Of a stretch of DNA of 43,997 bases, positions 9,530-17,818 are shown in pieces. Each line of letters opens with the position of its first letter. Positions within the stretch are counted from its first letter, which is position 1. The notes under the pieces were generated by a model. The model was not told the origin of the DNA, did no database searches, and worked only from the letters and a program-made list of their open reading frames with translations. The position numbers and the translations under genes were made by a program. The stretch covers positions 1 to 43,997 of the forward strand of contig CALUBY010000002.1 in assembly GCA_943914435.1 (NCBI GenBank). Reading direction: 5' to 3'. The DNA comes from an uncultured bacterium (GTDB lineage Bacteria > Patescibacteriota > Minisyncoccia > Phycocordibacterales > Phycocordibacteraceae).

Positions 9530-9598
9530 AGTCTAGACAGTGTACGACATTATGCGCGCAGGAGCGACGCAGGAGGCGAATAGAGCACCTATTTCAGG

Positions 9599-10828
9599 TT
9601 ATGCGTAGTAGTTCGCAAGGAAGTCGTCCTTATAAGCATCAAAGCGGTCCTCGAGCAGTGCCTCGCGTGCACCATCCACGAGCTGCAGAATAAATCCTAG
9701 GTTATGCATCGAGGCAATTACCTGTCCAAGAATTTCATTCGCACGAATAAGATGCGAGAGGTATGCACGCGTAAAAGTCTCTGTGCCAGGGACTGCGGTC
9801 ATTGGATCAAGAGGACCATAGTCACTCAAGTACTTTCCCTTCTTCATGTGTATAGGCCCTCTCTTCGTATAGATAGTGCCGTGTCTGCCAAGTCGTGTTG
9901 CCGCAACACAGTCAAACGTATCCATACCCTCCTGAATACCAAGAAGTAAATCCCCTGGCTCACCAATACCGAGGAAATGGCGAGGTTTGTCTTCAGGAAG
10001 ATGCTTCACGGCAGCCTGAAGCGCTCCCATCATATCTTCCTTGCTAAACGAGCCTCCAATACCAAAACCATCGAAGTCCATGCTTGCGATTTCTTTTGCG
10101 GACTCTTCGCGCAAATCCTCATAGCGCCCGCCCTGGATAATGCCAAAGATGCCTTGTCTTCGATTTGCTTCGATGTTCTGGCGATGCGCCTTAAGAGAAC
10201 GTTCGGCCCACTTGTGGGTGCGGTGCATTGCCTCTCTTTGATACTCATATGGCTCGGTTGGCGAAGTGCACTCATCAAACGCAAAGAACATGTCCGCCCC
10301 AAGCGCGTGCTGAATCTCAATGGAGCGCTCGGGGGTAAACCGATGCAAGGAACCGTCGTGATGTGAAGTGAACGTAACGCCCTCCTCATCAATCACGGCG
10401 AGCTGCCCATGCTGTGTGGCAAGTTCTTCATCAAATACCGCAACACCCTGTACACGATCTTCCTCTGATCGCGCCATCTCGTCACCACTCGCAATCTTTG
10501 TAATAGTCTTTCCAAATGCAGAACCGAGAGAAAATACCTGGAAGCCGCCCGAGTCGGTCATGGTAGGGCCGTTCCATCCCATAAACTTCCCCAGTCCGCC
10601 GCCATTCTGAACCACCTGTTCTCCGGGCTGCAGATACAGGTGATAGGTGTTAGCGAGTACCACCTGGGAGCCGAGTGCTACTAGCTGGTCAGGGAGGACA
10701 CCCTTCACGCCCGCCTTGGTTCCCACCGGAACGAACGCGGGAGTACGAATATCACCATGAGGCGTGTGAATTACCCCGGCACGTGCCATGCCGGATGTAG
10801 CTTCTGTCGTGAAGGAGATAGGTCTCAT
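9599..10828 (-). CDS. tgt: tRNA-guanine transglycosylase (queuine tRNA-ribosyltransferase)
   Basis: 409 aa with the Tgt pattern (TPAFVPVGT, TDSGGFQVFS, LGIGEP, FDCVAATR). Confidence 0.9.
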   Translation of the reverse strand: MRPISFTTEATSGMARAGVIHTPHGDIRTPAFVPVGTKAGVKGVLPDQLVALGSQVVLANTYHLYLQPGEQVVQNGGGLGKFMGWNGPTMTDSGGFQVFSLGSAFGKTITKIASGDEMARSEEDRVQGVAVFDEELATQHGQLAVIDEEGVTFTSHHDGSLHRFTPERSIEIQHALGADMFFAFDECTSPTEPYEYQREAMHRTHKWAERSLKAHRQNIEANRRQGIFGIIQGGRYEDLREESAKEIASMDFDGFGIGGSFSKEDMMGALQAAVKHLPEDKPRHFLGIGEPGDLLLGIQEGMDTFDCVAATRLGRHGTIYTKRGPIHMKKGKYLSDYGPLDPMTAVPGTETFTRAYLSHLIRANEILGQVIASMHNLGFILQLVDGAREALLEDRFDAYKDDFLANYYA

Positions 10829-10885
10829 CTAGATACCCTAACGGCATACCCTTTATGCCGCAAGACAGGAGCAGGGAGGGTGCTA

Positions 10886-10914
10886 TTGACAAATATTTCT
10901 ATTATGTCTATAAT
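10886..10914 (+). promoter_or_regulatory. Perfect sigma70 consensus promoter (TTGACA-17 nt-TATAAT)
   Basis: TTGACA at 10886-10891, a 17-nt spacer, TATAAT at 10909-10914. It lies 62 nt upstream of the lipoprotein ATG. AGGAG at 10962-10966. Confidence 0.7.
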
Positions 10915-10975
10915 CACCCCAGAAAGTCCTTTTCATCGCAATAGTGTGTTGACGAGGCTTTAGGAGTTTACCCCA

Positions 10976-11653
10976 ATGACCATGAACATCATGCGAGGGG
11001 TGACCCTCGCTATCGCTGGCGCTTGTATGTCCCTGAGCCTCTCGGCTTGCGGCACCACAAGCGGATTCCAAACCACCGACTACGGCACCACCGGACCAAT
11101 CACCATGCAGGAATCCTCGGTGTCCCACACCAGGAACTACATGGTCGACACCCTCGTCGGCTACGACGCCGACGGCCACCGGAACCCCTCGCGCGAACTG
11201 AAGATGGATGAATCCATCTTGGTCGCCGAAGCGGACCGGTACTGCGCCGTCAAGGCCAAGGAAGTCGAAGGACTGCTCGGCGAGTACGTCGGGAATGGCA
11301 CCATCTTCGGTGTCGTTGGCGCGATCGCCCAAGCGGCTGGCTCGCTCGGCGTTCCCGGAGCGGACATCATGTCCTATGCCTCTCTCGGTGGAGGAAGCTT
11401 CACCGGCAGCGGCCTCCTCACGACCCGGATGATGATCAAGCAGACCCTGGTCATCCTTCACTCTTCCTGCATGCAGGCTGAGGTGAAGTCCGACTCGCGC
11501 GGCCGCAACCTCGGCATCTATCCGGTTCTCATGGGCAAGGCAATTCGCCCAGGAGTGTCGAACGAGCGCTCGCCGGTCTCACAAGACCGGCAGAACGACC
11601 TCCGAGACGAGGAAGCGAGCAGCAACCTGCCGTTCACCCCGATTCCGATGTAG
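10976..11653 (+). CDS. Putative lipoprotein, compositionally foreign (GC-rich)
   Basis: 225 aa with a signal peptide and lipobox (LSLSAC). Codons end mostly in G/C. It is on the opposite strand to all its neighbours. The antisense 192-aa ORF is a typical high-GC shadow. Confidence 0.8.
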   Translation: MTMNIMRGVTLAIAGACMSLSLSACGTTSGFQTTDYGTTGPITMQESSVSHTRNYMVDTLVGYDADGHRNPSRELKMDESILVAEADRYCAVKAKEVEGLLGEYVGNGTIFGVVGAIAQAAGSLGVPGADIMSYASLGGGSFTGSGLLTTRMMIKQTLVILHSSCMQAEVKSDSRGRNLGIYPVLMGKAIRPGVSNERSPVSQDRQNDLRDEEASSNLPFTPIPM

Positions 11654-11677
11654 GTCGGCGTCACCACACTATGCGAA

Positions 11678-11707
11678 AGTCCCCCGACACCGTCGGGGGA
11701 CTTTTTC
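11678..11707 (+). terminator. Intrinsic terminator (possibly bidirectional)
   Basis: AGTCCCCCGAC-ACC-GTCGGGGGACT followed by TTTTTC. The reverse read is followed by UUUCG and could also end the FKBP operon. Confidence 0.8.
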
Positions 11708-11729
11708 TATACTCGCAATAGGTAGTGTA

Positions 11730-12251
11730 TTACTGAACACTCACAAGCTCCACTTCAAACACAAGAGTCGCGTTCGCAGGAATAACTCCTCCCACTGCCT
11801 GATCCCCATAGGCGAGGTGCGGCGGAATAACGAGGAGACGCTTTCCTCCCACTTTCATACCTGCGACTCCCTGATCCCACCCCTTAATCACCTGCCCAGC
11901 TCCTAGAGGGAACGTAAATGCTCCGCCGTGGTTTGCGGATGCGTCGAATACCGTTCCATCAGGAAGTGATCCGGTGTAATTCACCGAGACGGTAGAGCCT
12001 GGAACCGCTTCAGCGCCGGTTCCCACAACCTGGTCGGTGATGGTTAGCTCCGTTGGTAGTGGTTCGTTTGGATTAAGAGATAGGTCCATAGTTGATGATG
12101 ACGTAGTCAAACTAGTAGTAGTACCGACGCCGACGTCCATTACAGACGGTGTGCCCGTAAAAGAGCTTAGTATCGGAGTTCCAAGGGCAAGAAATCCGAG
12201 TCCTACGACTACGGCGAGCGCTACCGCGATTCCCGTTCCAGTGACATTCAT
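11730..12251 (-). CDS. Membrane-anchored FKBP-type peptidyl-prolyl isomerase
   Basis: 173 aa with an N-terminal TM helix, a Thr/Ser linker and an FKBP domain (VNYTGSLPDGTVFDAS, GQVIKGWDQGVAGMKVGGKR, LVFEVELV). Confidence 0.9.
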   Translation of the reverse strand: MNVTGTGIAVALAVVVGLGFLALGTPILSSFTGTPSVMDVGVGTTTSLTTSSSTMDLSLNPNEPLPTELTITDQVVGTGAEAVPGSTVSVNYTGSLPDGTVFDASANHGGAFTFPLGAGQVIKGWDQGVAGMKVGGKRLLVIPPHLAYGDQAVGGVIPANATLVFEVELVSVQ

Positions 12252-12253
12252 AG

Positions 12254-12568
12254 CTAATTGGTGTTAGTGCCGGTAGCCACAAGTATATCATCCGTGAGTT
12301 CCTTGATGGTATCGAGTACGGCCTGGTCTGCACCTGGAACGTTTTGTTCAAGGAAAGCCTCCACCGCTTCTTCGTCAGCGTCAGAATCCATAAGTGCCGT
12401 AAACGCCTCGCTTGTTGCTTCGTCCATCTGTTCCACCATTCGCAGCATGCTTCCTTTAAAGACGAGTTCGTTTATTTCAAGAAGAACGGCTTCTTGTTCT
12501 TCAGCCGGAAGGTCAGATATCTCAAGTGCATCAAGAAGACTCGTGTCTTTTGGAGTAAGTGAATTCAT
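12254..12568 (-). CDS. Small acidic helical protein (recalls the CPR-typical DUF5663 family; unverified)
   Basis: 104 aa, very acidic (LDALEISDLPAEEQEAVLLEINELV). It has 2-3 nt gaps to both neighbours. Confidence 0.7.
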   Translation of the reverse strand: MNSLTPKDTSLLDALEISDLPAEEQEAVLLEINELVFKGSMLRMVEQMDEATSEAFTALMDSDADEEAVEAFLEQNVPGADQAVLDTIKELTDDILVATGTNTN

Positions 12569-12571
12569 ACG

Positions 12572-14971
12572 CTAAAGAGTTGGGGGTACGGGCTCATAAT
12601 TATCAGGGTGTGGTATAGGGGGCACAGGAAGAGGAAGTCCTCCTTCTGACACATACGGTACCACCATACCAGTACCCTGAGCACTTGCGCCATCAAGGAT
12701 CAGTCCACGCACCGTACGCTCAAGACCGCCAAGTACACTTATGCGATCCTCAACGTAATACGCGGGCGTGCCCGGATGTGTGCGCGCGAAGTCACGTGCC
12801 ATCTCATAGTTCTGTTCGTTACCTCCACCTCCCTGTGCAAAGTACGTGTCCCCTACTTTCACCATACTTGGCTGAGTAAGATCAACGCCATGCGCATTCA
12901 ATGTGCTCTCTTGAGGAACATCTTCAGATGAGCCTGACACGATAGGATCCGATGCAGTAGAGGTGGTGTGTTCAGGAACCGTTGATGCAGGTGGCTGTTC
13001 TGACGCGGAAACCGGTTCAGAAGTATTTCGGAGTGTCTCCTCAGGAATGTGCGGCGTGCTGTCAGGAGTAGGCTCGAGTGGAATACTCTTAACTTCCGTA
13101 TCTGACATGGTTTGAATATCTCCTTCTGCATCAAGCGACTCGGGAGAAATATCTGGCGTAATTGATGCACGGCTATTCTCCGTGATAAATTCGGCGGCAG
13201 CGCTATTCTGTATATCAGGGGCACTCGGAAGAGGTTCAGGATCAGCAGACAAGGCCTCTGGCACAACCGACGTAGGAGTCGCGCCTTTAAGATACGACTC
13301 ATACGAAATACTCGTGTCGTACGCATCCGGCGCCATTGGGGGTATCTCTTGCCCACCACTGAGTACCTGCTGCATGTTTAGATCAGCGGTTATCTTTGCC
13401 TGTTCTTCTAGTGAAGGAGAAGAAATTTCAGGCGAGGTCACGGGAGAAGCTTCTGAAGGTGCGCTCACCTCGGGAGAAGGAGTAGTGCTCACAACGCTTT
13501 CAACACTCTGCTTTTCTACTACTGCCTCCGGCGAAGGAGCAGCGGGAGGAACTTCCTGAGGGGCTACTGCAGGTGTTTCCTCTACAACTACCTTGAGTTC
13601 CTCGCTTTCGACTGCAGGCATATTTGATTCAGCAGGAGATACGGGTGGAGTGGGCAGTAAATCTGTGCTTCCCGCTACCGTAGCGGCTTCCTGTATCACC
13701 GCGAAGTCTGCAAGCACTGCAGCAGAGCCCGCACCCACACCCATTGCAACGAGTGCTTTTGTAATGGCTTTTCTTTTTTGGAACACTGCCTCATCAGTCT
13801 CTTTAACTAACTTCTCGCGTTTCGTATCAAGCGTACGAAGTGAATCAACATCAAGCTCAGTATTGATTGCCTTCATGTTGGTACGGTGCAAGGATTCCTT
13901 TGCCGCTTGCTGAGCCTTCCTTCCAAAGAATTCAAACGCCGCACCAGTCGTCTCACCAGCAGCTGCACCAAGCACTACACCCCCCAAAGAACGGGCAAAT
14001 TTATAAGTGCCAACTCCCGCAAGAGCCGCAAGCCCAAGCGGGGCCGTAACGCCAGCCGCTCCGAGAGCAGCAGCACCTCCCGAGATAAGGACCGCACTCG
14101 CTGCAGCTCTAATCACGCGAGCACCCATCTTTCCATACTTCTTATCAAGACCAGCGTTTACTTTTCCTGACCACGTAAGTGCCTTATCAAAAGCATTGCG
14201 CTTACGCCCACTCAAAGCCTCAAGGCGAGCTGCGTTCTTCTTCTCAGCAAGAGGGCGCACCACTTCCCGGAAGCGTAAATATCCGGCCACGCGCTCTGCA
14301 CGAGTCTCATTCTTAACAATCGCACGTCGCATAAATATATCGAAACTAATCTCTTCACCGCTCTCTGTGCGCTCAAGTGCCCCTGCCTGCTTTAGTTCCT
14401 CGTACTTTGCACGCGTACGCTCTTCAAGAGTCTTTGTACGCTCAGCAACTTTTTCAGAAACATTCTGAGTGAGTGCATTTGCGTAAGCAACACGTGACTC
14501 GTCGTACTCACGACGAAGTGCTTCTACTTTCTTTTCTTCATTTTGGATATTTCCTCGTCGAAGGAGGAGACGATTAATAATCGTTCTGCGTCGCTCTAAA
14601 TCTTTGTAAGCGGAAAGGTAAGCAGCTTCCTTTTCCTTAAGAGCAGCGCGTTCAGGGGCGGCAGCAGACTCTTTTGGCGCGTCAGTAATTTCACCTGCAG
14701 GTGGTGAGTCTGGTGTTCTTCCCGCGCGCGCTTTCAACTGGCGCAATATCTCCTGCCTTGCCTCTCTAGGTGTATCAATATCTTCATTAATGCGCAGCGC
14801 GTGCGCATTCTCAGGAACCACGACAAGTTCTTCTGAAGGAGCATCTTCTTCAGAAGAGATTGGCTCACTTTCTCCTCCCTCTAGGGAAGAAATAGTTTCA
14901 TTTCCCTCAGGAGCTTCAATGGCATCCTGCTTCTTAACGTCATCGGGATATGGAGGACCTTCTTTTGGCAT
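12572..14971 (-). CDS. Large membrane protein: N-terminal coiled coil, Gly/Ala-rich TM helices, long Pro/Ser/Glu/Thr disordered region, small C-terminal globular domain
   Basis: 799-aa ORF starting 4 nt after the stop of the ATPase gene. TM candidates are ARVIRAAASAVLISGGAAALGAAGV, LGLAALAGVGTYKF..GGVVLGAAAG and ALVAMGVGAGSAAVLADFAVI. Confidence 0.8.
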   Translation of the reverse strand: MPKEGPPYPDDVKKQDAIEAPEGNETISSLEGGESEPISSEEDAPSEELVVVPENAHALRINEDIDTPREARQEILRQLKARAGRTPDSPPAGEITDAPKESAAAPERAALKEKEAAYLSAYKDLERRRTIINRLLLRRGNIQNEEKKVEALRREYDESRVAYANALTQNVSEKVAERTKTLEERTRAKYEELKQAGALERTESGEEISFDIFMRRAIVKNETRAERVAGYLRFREVVRPLAEKKNAARLEALSGRKRNAFDKALTWSGKVNAGLDKKYGKMGARVIRAAASAVLISGGAAALGAAGVTAPLGLAALAGVGTYKFARSLGGVVLGAAAGETTGAAFEFFGRKAQQAAKESLHRTNMKAINTELDVDSLRTLDTKREKLVKETDEAVFQKRKAITKALVAMGVGAGSAAVLADFAVIQEAATVAGSTDLLPTPPVSPAESNMPAVESEELKVVVEETPAVAPQEVPPAAPSPEAVVEKQSVESVVSTTPSPEVSAPSEASPVTSPEISSPSLEEQAKITADLNMQQVLSGGQEIPPMAPDAYDTSISYESYLKGATPTSVVPEALSADPEPLPSAPDIQNSAAAEFITENSRASITPDISPESLDAEGDIQTMSDTEVKSIPLEPTPDSTPHIPEETLRNTSEPVSASEQPPASTVPEHTTSTASDPIVSGSSEDVPQESTLNAHGVDLTQPSMVKVGDTYFAQGGGGNEQNYEMARDFARTHPGTPAYYVEDRISVLGGLERTVRGLILDGASAQGTGMVVPYVSEGGLPLPVPPIPHPDNYEPVPPTL

Positions 14972-14975
14972 AGAA

Positions 14976-17714
14976 TTAAGATAGGTAACGCGCTTTTATA
15001 TGTGCTTCAACTGTAGCACGGTCACGTCCATACGTAAGATAGGAAAGTTCACGTAAGTCATCCACCTGATCGAGGTTCCCTTCATTCAAGCTCAGGGTAT
15101 GAATGTTGAAGGGTTTTTGCGGAACTCCCCCTGCAAGCATGCGCAGGTATGCGTTTCGGTTTTCAATATTCGTGAAGTCTGCGGCAGTAAACGTTGGCTC
15201 AAAGAGTTTGCCAAAAAACTCTCCGTCTTCCTGCCCCACACGAAACACCGCCATTGACCCCACGTTACCAAATATCGCATCACGAATCTTTTCATCAATC
15301 TGTGCCAGGTACTGGTGAGCAATAGTAAGCGATAGCTTGTACTTGCGAGCCTCGGAGAGAATGCCAGGAATTGAGTTCGTTGTTATGTTCTGGAACTCAT
15401 CGATATAGAGGTAAAACGGCGGGAAGTCAGCGCGGGGATCATCTGCACGCGAGAGCGCTGCCATAAAGAGCTTGCCCACAATAATGAGTCCAAGCAGGTT
15501 TGCATTACGCTCACCAAGCCGGCCCTTCGAGAGGTTCACGAGCAGAATCTTCTTGCTATCAATAACATCACGGAAGTTAAATGAGCTTTCCTGCTGACCA
15601 ATGATAGGACGCATGAAGTCGCTACCCGTAAATTCATCAAACTTGTTTGTGATGTACGGCACAATATTCTGTAGCGACGCTTCCCCCTCTGCTTTTGTCG
15701 CAATCTCCTGCCAGAACTGATTCACAATAGGATTATTGCTTCGCGCAAGCTTGTAGTTACGGAACTCAGCATTCGAGAGCACGCGACCAATATCCATGAG
15801 CGTTGATCCGGACGCAGGGTCCTCCATAACAAGCTGGGTAGCATTGCGGAAGTACTGCTCGAATGCCGGGCCCATAGACTCAGGTACGTCGCCATAAAGC
15901 TGACGGAATATAGCGAGCATTTCGTTCACAATGAACGTCTTCTGCTCAGGACGCTTCGGATCGTACTCAAGCATATTGAGACCAAACGGACGGTCAATGT
16001 TTGCGGGGTCAAAGTAAATGACATCCTCATACCGTTCAGGAGGCACGGTCGCAAGCACATCGAGTATGTCGTTGCCGTGGGGATCAATAAAACAAACTCC
16101 CTTTCCGTCTTTAATATCTTGCTCAATAAGCGTACGCATAAAGCCCGACTTTCCGGTTCCCGTTTGGCCAATGACATAAAGGTGTCGAAGGCGGTCTTGA
16201 TCTGCGAGCTTTATGGTCGCTGTTCCTCCACGATAGGTGTTTGTGCCAAGCGTAATGCCCTCTTTGGGAAGCCCGACCGGCGCTGCAGCGCCTGCGAAAC
16301 GCGCTTGCTTCAGGTTTGGAGTCGATTCTATGCCTGACGGTGGGAAATGATAGAGCGTCGTAAGCTCACGAAGTGATAGGGGGAGAACAGTGCTTGAGCG
16401 ATACAAACGGAACGTGTAGTCCCGCAGAAGCTGCTTCAGCGTTGCCTTACTTGGTCGACGAAACTCAATGCGGTTTCCAAGCGTGTTATCAAACTGATTA
16501 AACGAAGATTCGAGCTCACCAAGAAGCTGGTGGGTGCGGGCATGGTCACGCGTGGATACCGCAAGACGAATATTTGTCGCAACAATCGGTGCAGCGATTT
16601 TCTTCTCAACCATAGCAATCGCCTTCTCGTCGACGGTTTGCGATGCGGGCAGTTTCTTTTTGGTGAAGAGGAGTCCCGCTGCCTCGCGCGCAAGGTCTCC
16701 CACAAAAGTCTCAGGCAGATTAAACGCCCGTGAACGGTGTTCGCCATCACGAAGTGCATGAAGCACCTTACGATAATGGTCAATGTAATGATTGCCTTCA
16801 GGCTTAAAGATGATCTGAAGCGCAGCACCTTCGCCCTCCGTCGCAACTTTTGCGAATGCGTTGAGGATCGAATTAATCGGGTCGTAATCAAAGTCCTGAT
16901 AATCCTTCAACGGAAGCATTGGCTTATCCTTAAGCTCAGCGACCGAAGCGAGCTGAATACCGTCTTCAAGGAAAATATTGTAATCGTTTGGCTGTGGAGT
17001 CAGATGCGCATGAGGAAATATGGCAAGAAGCTGGTTTTGAAAGAGGTCGCGCTTCGTATTTGGTACAGCCGCATAAAACATAAGGCTCGACTCGTCTACC
17101 GGCATCGCAAGCTCAAGGGTGCAGTACGCAGGCTCTCCTCGTTCAGGATGACCAACGGCGAGCATGCCAGAGTAAAACTGCTCCATAGAGGAGATAAGTT
17201 CTTTCAGGGTGCGTGCTCGCGACTCTTCTGAAGTGTTTGTCTCAGGAAGAGAAATCTCATACAGGGTCATATGAAGCGCCTTCCACTCAGGCTGATTCTC
17301 CGACAAGCCCTTTGGTTGCATACCAACTACCAAATACTGCACCAGAAAGCGATGGAAATCGTCTTCAAGGTGCGCATTATTCAGTTTTGCAAGAATAGTG
17401 AACGCGTTATGAATACCCTTCTCCTCCATGACGCCTCGCAGCTCAGCAATCGTCGCGTCATTTTGCTCGGGATCAAGATTGAGCGTCAGTGTTTCTGCAT
17501 GTGCCGCTGCTTCTTTATCAGATATTTGATAGTGAGGGGCGAGCACGTGTTCTGGGCCCGTCATGCGGTGATGAAGAACACGCTCGTGCGCAATGTCAGC
17601 AAGTGGTGTCTCGCGACGTATAGAAGCGAGCTCGGCTTCTTTCTGTGCTATTTGTGCACGCAGGTACGCAAGCTCGTCCTGAGGCGATTCAATCGGTCGT
17701 ATCGGTCCCTCCAT
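14976..17714 (-). CDS. TraD/VirD4 (type IV coupling protein)-like P-loop ATPase with a roughly 500-aa unassigned soluble N-terminal region
   Basis: 912 aa. Walker A is VIGQTGTGKSGF (about residues 514-525) and Walker B is FYLYIDEFQ (about 767-775). The C-terminal part is TraD/TraG-like (SLTIAHQYLAQIDEKIRDAIFGNVGSMAVFRVG). No TM helix is seen. Confidence 0.8.
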   Translation of the reverse strand: MEGPIRPIESPQDELAYLRAQIAQKEAELASIRRETPLADIAHERVLHHRMTGPEHVLAPHYQISDKEAAAHAETLTLNLDPEQNDATIAELRGVMEEKGIHNAFTILAKLNNAHLEDDFHRFLVQYLVVGMQPKGLSENQPEWKALHMTLYEISLPETNTSEESRARTLKELISSMEQFYSGMLAVGHPERGEPAYCTLELAMPVDESSLMFYAAVPNTKRDLFQNQLLAIFPHAHLTPQPNDYNIFLEDGIQLASVAELKDKPMLPLKDYQDFDYDPINSILNAFAKVATEGEGAALQIIFKPEGNHYIDHYRKVLHALRDGEHRSRAFNLPETFVGDLAREAAGLLFTKKKLPASQTVDEKAIAMVEKKIAAPIVATNIRLAVSTRDHARTHQLLGELESSFNQFDNTLGNRIEFRRPSKATLKQLLRDYTFRLYRSSTVLPLSLRELTTLYHFPPSGIESTPNLKQARFAGAAAPVGLPKEGITLGTNTYRGGTATIKLADQDRLRHLYVIGQTGTGKSGFMRTLIEQDIKDGKGVCFIDPHGNDILDVLATVPPERYEDVIYFDPANIDRPFGLNMLEYDPKRPEQKTFIVNEMLAIFRQLYGDVPESMGPAFEQYFRNATQLVMEDPASGSTLMDIGRVLSNAEFRNYKLARSNNPIVNQFWQEIATKAEGEASLQNIVPYITNKFDEFTGSDFMRPIIGQQESSFNFRDVIDSKKILLVNLSKGRLGERNANLLGLIIVGKLFMAALSRADDPRADFPPFYLYIDEFQNITTNSIPGILSEARKYKLSLTIAHQYLAQIDEKIRDAIFGNVGSMAVFRVGQEDGEFFGKLFEPTFTAADFTNIENRNAYLRMLAGGVPQKPFNIHTLSLNEGNLDQVDDLRELSYLTYGRDRATVEAHIKARYLS

Positions 17715-17721
17715 ACCTAGT

Positions 17722-17727
17722 AGTATA
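17722..17727 (-). promoter_or_regulatory. -10 box TATACT placed 7 nt before the ATG (leaderless mRNA candidate)
   Basis: Minus strand reads TATACT-ACTAGGT-ATG. There is no SD. Confidence 0.35.
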
Positions 17728-17764
17728 GAGCATTGAGGTCAGGAATCATGCGAAGCTCCGAGGA

Positions 17765-17796
17765 TAAAAACGGCGACGTGTAAACACGCCGCCGTT
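17765..17796 (-). terminator. Intrinsic terminator after the purC-like gene
   Basis: Minus strand reads AACGGCGGCGUG-UUUA-CACGUCGCCGUU followed by UUUUUAU. Confidence 0.8.
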
Positions 17797-17818
17797 TGAA
17801 ATATGCACCGTTAACTCT

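Noticed and set aside
9530-9598. LexA/Cheo box upstream of uvrB (also checked for uvrA and uvrC)
   Set aside because: No CGAAC-N4-GTTCG or CTGT-N8-ACAG motif is seen in any of the three upstream regions. Only the weak shared TAGGTGC half-site is reported, as a low-interest finding.
10883-11461. 192-aa minus-strand ORF
   Set aside because: It is entirely antisense to the GC-rich lipoprotein gene and has a Gly/Asp/His/Ala-rich composition. This is the classic shadow ORF of high-GC3 coding sequence. The plus-strand frame has the promoter, SD, lipobox and terminator.
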